Made by a program: the position numbers and the translations under genes. The notes under the pieces are model-generated. The model was not told the origin of the DNA. It worked only from the letters and a program-made list of their open reading frames with translations, and searched no databases. From Candidatus Eiseniibacteriota bacterium (GTDB lineage Bacteria > Eisenbacteria > RBG-16-71-46 > JABDJR01 > JAWXBZ01): a stretch of DNA of 26,025 nt. The stretch is from the NCBI GenBank assembly GCA_034440375.1, contig JAWXBZ010000127.1, forward strand, positions 1-26,025. The letters are read 5' to 3'. Below are positions 18,275 to 26,025 of this stretch, in pieces (the first letter of the stretch is position 1; each line of letters begins with the position of its first letter).

Positions 18275-19497
18275 CGTTCAGACGAACGAGCATTCTGCTG
18301 CTCCTCTTTTTGCTTCCTGCCGGCGACGCCTCGGCGCTGACCATCAATGAAGCCGTCGATCGGGCCCTGGCCTCCAATCCGGTGCTAAGCGTTCGACGCG
18401 TGGGAGCGGAACGTGCCCGCTCGGCCGCGGAAGTCGGTGCCGGCTGGCTCGCTCCGACGATCGAAGCCGAAGCCACGCCACTCACCCTGAAGAATGGCTA
18501 TGAAGCCGAGATCGGCCTGGCGCAACGTCTGCGCATCCGGGGACGATCAGCCGCTGAGAAACGACTGGCGATGGCCGTCGCCCTTCGCCAGTCCTACCAG
18601 GCCGACGCCCTGGAGCGCCATGTAGCCCTGGAGGCGCGCCGCCTCTATCGCGCCGTCGGCCTGAACGAGGAGCGGCGTCTGATCCTGACCGAACTATGGG
18701 AGCGGGAGGATCGGCTGCTCAAGGTGGCCGTGGCTCGCCGGCCGTTCGGTGAAGTTTCGGACCTGGACATCGGTCAGTTGAAAAGCCGCGCCGCCATGCG
18801 ATTGGCCGACCTCGAAGAGAGCCGGGGCGCTCTGGATGCGGGGCGGATTGCCCTGGCGGCCTGGATGGGACAGGCCGACACCTCGGGACTGACCGTTACC
18901 CCGGTCGTTCCAACGCCGCTTCTCCCGGCGGACTCGCTGGCATCGGCACTGGCCGGCCGGCCGGACATCCAGGCCTTCCGGGCCGACATCGACGAGGCAC
19001 AGGCCGAGATCGATCTCGCTCGCACCAACAATCTCAGCGAGCCCGAAGTCGGCCTGTTCCTCAAGCAGACCGGTGGTGCCGATTCCGATGACAGTCAGAT
19101 AGGGGCCCGGGTCTCGTTTCCGCTCCCCTTCCTGAATTCACGGACCCGGACCGTGGCCGGCGCCGAGGCGCGTCGTGACGCCGCCACGGATCTCCAGCGT
19201 GCCGAGCGGAACCTGGCCGAGCTGTCGCTTCGCGCAGCCCTGGCGCGAGTGGAAGCGGTGCGCCGTGGGCTGGCGGCCTACGACCCGGAAACCCGCGACG
19301 CAATCAAACGCGCTCTTGAACTGGCGGAACGGGCGTATGCCGAAGGGCGCATTGACGTCTTTGCCCTGACGGAGGTGGCGCGCGCGACGGTCGACATCGA
19401 ATTGAACCGGATCGCGGCTCTTGAACGATGGCACGAGAGCCTGAACCAAGCGGAAGAAATTGCCGGTCGGGCACTGACGCCGGACGCGGAACGATAG
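18271..19497 (+). CDS. TolC-family outer-membrane efflux protein (CzcC/CusC-like)
   Basis: Signal peptide, A-LTINEAVDRALASNP, ALAGRPDI, VSFPLPFLN, AYAEGRID. ATGA overlap with the ATPase stop. Confidence 0.88.
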   Translation: MTFRRTSILLLLFLLPAGDASALTINEAVDRALASNPVLSVRRVGAERARSAAEVGAGWLAPTIEAEATPLTLKNGYEAEIGLAQRLRIRGRSAAEKRLAMAVALRQSYQADALERHVALEARRLYRAVGLNEERRLILTELWEREDRLLKVAVARRPFGEVSDLDIGQLKSRAAMRLADLEESRGALDAGRIALAAWMGQADTSGLTVTPVVPTPLLPADSLASALAGRPDIQAFRADIDEAQAEIDLARTNNLSEPEVGLFLKQTGGADSDDSQIGARVSFPLPFLNSRTRTVAGAEARRDAATDLQRAERNLAELSLRAALARVEAVRRGLAAYDPETRDAIKRALELAERAYAEGRIDVFALTEVARATVDIELNRIAALERWHESLNQAEEIAGRALTPDAER

Positions 19498-19509
19498 AGG
19501 AGCCTGAAC

Positions 19510-20553
19510 ATGATCCAGCGACTTTCCTGGCGACACCTGGTGATGGCTCTTCTGCCGACAGCGATTCTGATATCGCTTTCACTTGAAATCAGGGAATCGG
19601 CGCTGGCCCACGAGGGGGAACAGCACGGGACTCCCGCGCCGGGAAGCGGGACATCCGGTGGCCCAGTTCGGTTGACCGTGGAAGGTCGACGAAATCTGCA
19701 ACTGGAGGTCCAGGACGTCCAGCTCCGATCGCTCAGTCTAGGCCCCACCGCCTTCGGTGTCGTTGAGCCCCGGCCTGGATCGCTGGCGGTCGTGAGTTCG
19801 CGGATCTCCGGGCGAACCACCAGGGTGCACAAGGTACTCGGGGACCGTGTGCGAGCGGGAGAGCCCGTCATCGAAGTGGAAAGTCGCGTCGTGGCCGACC
19901 CGCCTGTTCGCGTGTCACTGTCGGCGCCGATCGGTGGGATCGTCATTGAGCGCGCCGCTGAGCCGGGACAGCCGGTCGAGCCGGACCAGTCGCTCTTGAC
20001 CGTGGCTGATTTATCGAAAGTGCTCTTTCGTCTCGATGTTCCCGAAACGGACTTCGCCGGAGTGGCCGTGGGGCAGTCGGTGGACCTCCGCCTGGAGGCC
20101 CTGCCCGACCTCGTGTTCTCCGGCGTCATTCGTCGAATCGCCGCGGCGGCCAGCACGGAGAATCGCACGATTCCCGTATGGGCCGAGTTCGACAACCCGG
20201 CCGGCTCGCTGCGCCTCCAGTTGCGGGGACAGGGACGGATCGAAACGAGTCATGCGGAAAGCGTTGTCATGGCCCCGCGGGCGGCCATCCTGGGGGATGC
20301 CGCCAATCGGACCGTCTTCCTGGAATCGGGCGCGGACTTCGTGCCGACGTCGGTGGTTGTCGGCCGGAGCGATGGTGACTGGGTCGAGATTCTGCACGGG
20401 CTGATCCCGGGAGATCGGGTCGTGACCCGCGGCAACTACGCCATGCAGTTTATCGTTGCCACGCCCGACAGCGGCGGCACCGCCCCGTCCGGCGCCGAGC
20501 CGGACAGTGCCCGCGGGAAATCCTCCGGAAAGCGCGGGCGCTTCGGATGCTGA
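19510..20553 (+). CDS. RND periplasmic adaptor subunit (CzcB/CusB-like)
   Basis: Lipoyl halves SGR...GDRVRAGEPV and SAPIGGIV...GQPV, ADLSKV, NPAGSLR, VEILHGLIPGDRVVTRG. Confidence 0.9.
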   Translation: MIQRLSWRHLVMALLPTAILISLSLEIRESALAHEGEQHGTPAPGSGTSGGPVRLTVEGRRNLQLEVQDVQLRSLSLGPTAFGVVEPRPGSLAVVSSRISGRTTRVHKVLGDRVRAGEPVIEVESRVVADPPVRVSLSAPIGGIVIERAAEPGQPVEPDQSLLTVADLSKVLFRLDVPETDFAGVAVGQSVDLRLEALPDLVFSGVIRRIAAAASTENRTIPVWAEFDNPAGSLRLQLRGQGRIETSHAESVVMAPRAAILGDAANRTVFLESGADFVPTSVVVGRSDGDWVEILHGLIPGDRVVTRGNYAMQFIVATPDSGGTAPSGAEPDSARGKSSGKRGRFGC

Positions 20554-23500
20554 ATGCCCTGATTCGCTTCTCGCTTCACAATCGCCTTCTGGTCGTGGCC
20601 GGGGCCGCTCTCCTGCTGGCGTGGGGCGGATGGCTGCTGACGCAACTTCCGGTGGACGTCCTGCCGGACCTCAATCGTCCGACGGTAACGGTCTTCATGG
20701 AAGCGGAGGGACTGGCTCCCGAGGAGGTCGAGGCCCTGGTGGCGTTTCCGGCTGAGACCGCCTTGAACGGAGCCACCGGTGTCGAACGGGTCCGCTCGGT
20801 GTCGTCACAGGGGCTGGCGCTCGTCTTCATCGAGTTCGGCTGGGGAACCGACATCTACATCGACCGCCAGATCGTCGCCGAGAAACTCGCGACGATCCGC
20901 GAACAGCTTCCAGCCGGCGTCAATCCCGTCATTGGACCAATTTCCTCGATCATGGGCGAGATCATGCTGATCGCGGTGACGTCCGACTCCCTGGGCCCGA
21001 TGGACCTGCGCGATCTGGCTGATTGGACCTTGAGGCCACGGCTGCTCAGCATCGCCGGCATCTCCCAGGTGACGGTCATCGGGGGCGATGTTCGTCAGTA
21101 TCAGATACTGGTCCGCCCCGACCGACTCCGCACGTTCGGCGTCTCGCTGCACGACGTTGAGGCGGCACTCCGCGAGTCCAACATCAACACGAGCGGTGGA
21201 TTCCTGATACAGGGAAGTACGGAGTCGGTTGTTCGAAACCTGGCACGAATCACGGATCTCGATGACATCCGGGGCATCGCCGTCACGGAGCGAAATGGTA
21301 CGCCGGTCCTTGTGGGGCAGATTGCCGATGTGCGGCTTGGCCCCCCCGTCAAGCGGGGCGATGCCGGCGCCAACGGTGCCCCGGCCGTCATTCTGAGCAT
21401 TCAGAAGCAACCCGGAGCTTCGACGCTGAAGTTGACGAAACGGGTCCACGAAGCACTGGACGGGATGTCCCGCGTACTGCCCCACGGCGTCACGATCAAC
21501 CGGGAGATCTTCGAACAGGCCCGCTTCATCGACGCCGCCATCCATAACGTCATCGAGGCCCTGCGCGACGGCAGCATCTTCGTCACACTCGTCCTGTTTC
21601 TCTTCCTGATGAACCTGAGAACCACGTTCATCACGCTGACCGCGATTCCACTTTCGATCGTCATCACCGGGATCATCTTCCATTTCTTCGGCCTGTCCAT
21701 CAATACGATGACGCTGGGAGGACTGGCCGTAGCCCTCGGGGAACTGGTGGATGATGCCGTCGTGGACGTGGAAAATATTCATCGACGACTCCGGGAGAAT
21801 GCCGCAGCGGCATCGCCGCGACCGATCCTGGACGTCATCTTCGAGGCGTCGAGCGAGATCCGAAACTCCATTGTCTACGCCACGATCATCGTTGTGTTGG
21901 CCTTCCTACCGCTATTTGCCCTGGGCGGGATCGAGGGCCGGATCTTTGCGCCGCTGGGGATCGCCTACATCCTGAGCATCATCGCTTCGCTCCTGGTATC
22001 GCTGACGGTGACGCCGGCCCTGTCGAGCTACCTTCTCGGTGGTCGCAGCAAGACCCACACCGCCAAAGGTGACAGCGCGGTCGTTCGCTTCTTGAAGCGC
22101 TTCGATGAGCGGGTCATTCTTCGTCACACGCTGGCCCGCCCCGGCCTGTATATGGCGCTGGCCATGATCGCCCTGGTCGGGGCGCTGCTCCTGGTGACGC
22201 GGTTTGGTCGCGAGTTTCTGCCTCCCTTCAACGAGGGTAGCGTGACCGTTAACATATTGCTTCCCCCCGGAACCAGCCTGGCCGCCTCGAACGAGGTCGG
22301 CGCGCAGGCAGAGCGCATCCTCCTTGCTGTCCCTGGAATCAAGAATACCGGCCGCCGCGTGGGGCGGGCAGAGCAGGACGATCATGCCGAGGGAGTGCAC
22401 TCGACCGAGATCGATGTGGAAGTCGAGGCCACGGGCCGGCGACGTGAGGAAATTCTCTCGGACATTCGCCGGCGCCTGGCCGGCCTTCCGGGTGCCGTCG
22501 TGAATATCGGCCAGCCGATCAGTCACCGAATCGATCACCTGTTGTCAGGCACACGCGCCCAGATCGCCATCAAGCTTGCCGGACCGGAGCTGGCGACGTT
22601 ACGCCAGAAAGCCGAGGAGATCCGTGCCGTCGTCAGCGAGATTGATGGCGTGGTCGACCTGTTCGTCGAGCAGCAGGTCCTAATCCCCCAGACCCGCGTG
22701 GAGATCGACCGGGACCGGCTGCAGCCGTACGGGCTGCATGCCGGCGAGGTGGCGGAGGTCCTCGAGACGGCGTTGAGCGGCCGGGTCGTGGGCGAGATCG
22801 TCGACGGACAACGGCGCCACGACATCGTGATGCGACTGCCCGAGGAGGCACGGGCCTCACCGGAAGCGCTCGGCAGGATCCCCATCGACACCGATGGTGG
22901 AGGCCCGATGATCCCCCTGTCGGCGGTGGCCACCATTCACGAGGCCCGCGGACCAAACCAGATCCTGCGCGAGAACGCGTCGCGGCGGATCGTGATCCAG
23001 TGCAACGTATCCGATCGGAGTCTCAGCGAGGTCGTCGGCAACATACGGACACTGGTGGCCGAGCATGTCCCACTGCCGGAAGGCTACTTCATCAACTACG
23101 GAGGCCAGTTCGAGAGCCAGGAGCGGGCGTCACGCCTTATTGCTCTTCTCTTCCTGCTGTCACTGGCCGGCATGACCATGGTCTTGTACGTGCACTTTCG
23201 GTCATGGCCATTGACAGCTCAGGTCCTGCTGAATATTCCATTTGCTCTCATCGGCGCGGTCATTGCCGTGGCGGTAAGCGGCGGAGTTCTGAGCATCGCC
23301 TCTCTTGTGGCCTTCGTCACACTATGCGGTATCGCGGCCCGGAACGGCATCATGATGATCTCGCACTACCTGCACCTGATGCGGTACGAGGGGGAGCGAT
23401 TCGACAAGGCGATGGTCATCCGGGGATCCCTCGAGCGACTGGTCCCGGTGTTGATGACGGCCGGAACCGCCATGCTGGCCCTGATCCCCCTTCTCCTGTC

Positions 23501-23720
23501 CGCCGGACAGCCGGGCCGCGAACTCCTGCACCCGGTGGCCGTCGTCGTCTTCGGCGGATTGCTCAGCTCCACGCTACTGGACATCATCCTCACTCCCGCG
23601 GTCTTCTGGCGATTTGGACGACGTTCAGTGGAAAACATCTTCAGAAACGAGTGTCCGGAAATCCTGCCCCGTGTCTTCGGGACGGCGGCTTCCGGCGAAT
23701 CGAAACCGTCGTCCGGGTAA
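20547..23720 (+). CDS. CusA/CzcA-family heavy-metal efflux RND permease
   Basis: LPVDVLPDL, GLAPEEVE, NTMTLGGLAVALGELVDDAVVDVENI, EFLPPFNEG, GIAARNGI, ERLVPVLMTA. 1057 aa. Confidence 0.96.
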   Translation: MLNALIRFSLHNRLLVVAGAALLLAWGGWLLTQLPVDVLPDLNRPTVTVFMEAEGLAPEEVEALVAFPAETALNGATGVERVRSVSSQGLALVFIEFGWGTDIYIDRQIVAEKLATIREQLPAGVNPVIGPISSIMGEIMLIAVTSDSLGPMDLRDLADWTLRPRLLSIAGISQVTVIGGDVRQYQILVRPDRLRTFGVSLHDVEAALRESNINTSGGFLIQGSTESVVRNLARITDLDDIRGIAVTERNGTPVLVGQIADVRLGPPVKRGDAGANGAPAVILSIQKQPGASTLKLTKRVHEALDGMSRVLPHGVTINREIFEQARFIDAAIHNVIEALRDGSIFVTLVLFLFLMNLRTTFITLTAIPLSIVITGIIFHFFGLSINTMTLGGLAVALGELVDDAVVDVENIHRRLRENAAAASPRPILDVIFEASSEIRNSIVYATIIVVLAFLPLFALGGIEGRIFAPLGIAYILSIIASLLVSLTVTPALSSYLLGGRSKTHTAKGDSAVVRFLKRFDERVILRHTLARPGLYMALAMIALVGALLLVTRFGREFLPPFNEGSVTVNILLPPGTSLAASNEVGAQAERILLAVPGIKNTGRRVGRAEQDDHAEGVHSTEIDVEVEATGRRREEILSDIRRRLAGLPGAVVNIGQPISHRIDHLLSGTRAQIAIKLAGPELATLRQKAEEIRAVVSEIDGVVDLFVEQQVLIPQTRVEIDRDRLQPYGLHAGEVAEVLETALSGRVVGEIVDGQRRHDIVMRLPEEARASPEALGRIPIDTDGGGPMIPLSAVATIHEARGPNQILRENASRRIVIQCNVSDRSLSEVVGNIRTLVAEHVPLPEGYFINYGGQFESQERASRLIALLFLLSLAGMTMVLYVHFRSWPLTAQVLLNIPFALIGAVIAVAVSGGVLSIASLVAFVTLCGIAARNGIMMISHYLHLMRYEGERFDKAMVIRGSLERLVPVLMTAGTAMLALIPLLLSAGQPGRELLHPVAVVVFGGLLSSTLLDIILTPAVFWRFGRRSVENIFRNECPEILPRVFGTAASGESKPSSG

Positions 23721-23755
23721 GTCGGCGAGTTCGACCCACAGGGAGGTTCGTCAAC

Positions 23756-24343
23756 ATGAAAAGGATGCAATTCGTGCCCGTCCTCGCAATTCTCCTCAGT
23801 TCGTCCTGGGCCGTGCTTGCCGGGTGCGGTGGATCCGGCCAGTCAAACTCACAGAAGACGACCGGCGGTTCACCGGCAAAACAGGAGAAGCCGGCCACGA
23901 CCGCGGAAGCCCCGCATGATCATGCCGCCCATGGTCACGCCGACCATGAGGAAGCTGGCAAAGGCGACAGCCACCACCACGACGCGTCTTCGGATCACGG
24001 GGGAATGCCGTCAACGCTCCCGGGAATCTGGGCAGAAGTCGAGGAGGAGCGAGGCAAACTCGGAAACGTCATCGCCGCCGGGCAACTTGACAAGGTGCAT
24101 GTCATCGCCTTCCGGGTCCGCGATCTCGTCGGGGCAATGCCGCACCACTCCGGAAATCATCTGACCGGCAAGGATGCCCCGATGAACGATGCGGTTACCC
24201 GGGTCAGTCAGATTGCCGCCCTGCTCGACCAATACGGCGACGCCGGTGACGCGCCCTCCACCCAGGCCCAGAAGGCACGCTTTGACCAGGTACTGGACTA
24301 CATCAAGTCGTTGTATCCGGCCGGCGCCCTGGTCGGTTCCTGA
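23756..24343 (+). CDS. His-rich lipoprotein, hypothetical (195 aa)
   Basis: GGGAGG at 23741-23746, ATG 23756, lipobox LAGC, HDHAAHGHADH..HHHD..DH linker and a helical C-terminal domain. Confidence 0.8.
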   Translation: MKRMQFVPVLAILLSSSWAVLAGCGGSGQSNSQKTTGGSPAKQEKPATTAEAPHDHAAHGHADHEEAGKGDSHHHDASSDHGGMPSTLPGIWAEVEEERGKLGNVIAAGQLDKVHVIAFRVRDLVGAMPHHSGNHLTGKDAPMNDAVTRVSQIAALLDQYGDAGDAPSTQAQKARFDQVLDYIKSLYPAGALVGS

Positions 24344-24422
24344 ACCGGATCGGTATGGCACCGGAACTCCACCACGATCCTGAAACAGGTCTTTGTCAAC
24401 AGGCACAGAGAGGATGGAACAA

Positions 24423-25070
24423 ATGAAGACTGGCCCCGATTACTGTCGAAACATGCTCGTCGTCGGCGTTCTGGCATTGACGACACCGCTCATGGGCTGT
24501 TCCAGGCAGACCGACAGCCGAAGCACCCCTCAAGCAGCATCCGACCACAAGCCGGCCGCCTCCGGCGCACATGGGGACACACACGCACCCACCAGCTCAC
24601 CAAATGCGGCCAGCGCCCCCTATGATCTTCAATTCATCGACACCATGATTTCCCACCACCAAGGGGCTGTCAGCATGGCCGACATGGCGGCCATGAAAGC
24701 CTCCCGCCCCGAACTCAAGACATTCGCCCTGGAGATCGTGGCGGACCAGAACCGTGAAATCAGCCAGATGACGAAATGGCGCGAGCAGTGGTACCCGGCG
24801 GCTCCACCTGCCGTGAACATGGACTTTCCCGGAATGATGGGATCGATGCAGGGCATGAACATGGGGCACATGAACAGTATGTCCGGCAAGGATTTCGATC
24901 GCATGTTCGTCGACATGATGATTCCGCATCACGAAGGCGCCATCGTCATGGCCCGCGACGCCATTGGACGCGCCGAGCATTCCGATCTCAAGAACCTGAG
25001 CCAGGAGATCATCTTCAAGCAGCAGGGCGAGATCAGCAGGATGAGCCAGTGGGCGGCCGAATGGCGGTAG
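24423..25070 (+). CDS. DUF305 (CopM-like) Met/His-rich lipoprotein; alternative start 24414
   Basis: Duplicated motif FIDTMISHHQGAVSMA / FVDMMIPHHEGAIVMA, Q..EI..M, a Met-rich linker and lipobox LMGC. Confidence 0.9.
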   Translation: MKTGPDYCRNMLVVGVLALTTPLMGCSRQTDSRSTPQAASDHKPAASGAHGDTHAPTSSPNAASAPYDLQFIDTMISHHQGAVSMADMAAMKASRPELKTFALEIVADQNREISQMTKWREQWYPAAPPAVNMDFPGMMGSMQGMNMGHMNSMSGKDFDRMFVDMMIPHHEGAIVMARDAIGRAEHSDLKNLSQEIIFKQQGEISRMSQWAAEWR

Positions 25071-25259
25071 TCATTCTTTGACAACTTTGACCGCATGATG
25101 GACGTTGCTGCGCGTCAGCCGAACTCTGTCGCCGTACGAGGTGGATTTGGCAGCTAGTCCAATGCGTCTAGTTTAGGCCCGATCCAGGTTTCAGGCCACG
25201 ACGCTGTCGGCGGCGGCGCTCCTCTGCCGAGACGCGTTCCGACCCCGGCACCAAGCAAG

Positions 25260-25287
25260 AAGGCCCGCACCAACGCGGGCCTTATTT
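25260..25287 (+). terminator. Intrinsic terminator-like hairpin downstream of the metal locus (possibly bidirectional)
   Basis: AAGGCCCGC-ACCAAC-GCGGGCCTT followed by ATTT. Confidence 0.55.
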
Positions 25288-25644
25288 GCATTCCCTGGCA
25301 GTGACGTCGAGTCCGAGATCCACCAGTGCGACGTGCCACGAGTGTTCGTTGCCCAAATCAAGAGACGACTGGCTGCCGGTGAACAATGACATAATACTAT
25401 GTTTTCCATAATTTTTGCACTTTACGTTGTTTTCCTGAAAAGTTGACGGCCAGGATCCGACAGCGAGGATCATCCCTCGTTTCTGACGCCACCCGATGCG
25501 GTTTCCCTCGACACCAAGCCCCGGATCCCCGCCACGCTCCGCTTTCTCCGCGGCCCGCCGCGCAGGCCCGAGCCCCGGAGCAGCCGCACATCCTGATGGC
25601 ACCCAGGAGGGCGAGCCATGGCTCCTGTCCGGTTGGTCGCTACG

Positions 25645-26025
25645 CTACGTCGGCAGCGGGCCGACGAATTCGATGCCGTAGTCCGCGCAGGCCCGCCCGA
25701 TAATCCCGTCATCGACGGCCGTGTCCGGTGACGTCACGGTGATCGCCCGATAGAAGGCCTCGTGATGCGGGGTCGTGAGGATCAGGTAACGCGCGGTGGC
25801 ACTCTCCACTCGAAAGCCATGAACCGTGCCGCCGGGAATGTGGACGAACGTTCCGGGCCCACCGCGCTGCCCCCCACCCTCACCCAGAAAGAAGGAGATC
25901 TCCCCTTCGAGGATGTAGAAGGACTCCACGTCGTCGTGCCGGTGCAACGGTACGCTCACGCCCTGCCCGACCTCTTCCTCGACCAGCGCAAACAGGCCAC
26001 CCGTGCGATTTCCTGGCGCCAGGAA
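25645..26025 (-). CDS. Cupin domain protein (quercetin dioxygenase-like), 5' end outside the window
   Basis: Frame is open to the window edge: FLAPGNRTGGLFALVEE..VPLHRHDDVESFYILEGE...GPGTFVHIPGGTVHGF (both cupin motifs). Confidence 0.88.
   Translation of the reverse strand, partial: FLAPGNRTGGLFALVEEEVGQGVSVPLHRHDDVESFYILEGEISFFLGEGGGQRGGPGTFVHIPGGTVHGFRVESATARYLILTTPHHEAFYRAITVTSPDTAVDDGIIGRACADYGIEFVGPLPT

Noticed and set aside
23000-23755. 5' extension of the 447-aa ORF
   Set aside because: Overlaps the RND gene out of frame. The real start with RBS and lipoprotein signal is at 23756.
25154-25712. Short ORFs in the DUF305-cupin gap
   Set aside because: No RBS or motif support, and they overlap each other.
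26010-26025. Perfect 16-bp palindrome TTCCTGGCGCCAGGAA at the window end
   Set aside because: Within the cupin reading frame. Chance or an assembly-edge effect, and cannot be evaluated without flanking sequence.

Overview
GC-rich Gram-negative bacterial chromosomal window. Two secreted proteins carry FlgD-Ig/T9SS-type C-terminal domains, which suggests an FCB-group lineage (inference). The left half holds a BON-domain gene with a strong terminator, an NCS1 nucleobase permease, uppP, a secreted SGNH-like hydrolase, a GT2-like glycosyltransferase, a ZU5-like lipoprotein and a ~1380-aa multidomain surface protein. The right half holds a TonB-dependent receptor divergent from an 8-gene heavy-metal locus, followed by a cupin cut off by the window edge. 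The locus comprises a Cys-rich leader ORF ending in RAPP, a YVTN beta-propeller lipoprotein, a P1B ATPase, TolC, a periplasmic adaptor, an HME-RND pump, a His-rich lipoprotein and a DUF305/CopM-like protein. Main signals: (1) a CruR/CutF-like RAPP ribosome-arrest leader, terminator-like hairpins and a CsoR-type operator at the head of the locus; (2) non-canonical metal ligands throughout (CPD ATPase, HMA domain without CXXC, RND without the CusA Met triad) and an adaptor lacking its alpha-hairpin; (3) a sigma54-like promoter that appears to drive a ~65-nt single-hairpin sRNA. No tRNA, rRNA, CRISPR array or transposase was seen. All calls are by eye, with no database searches.
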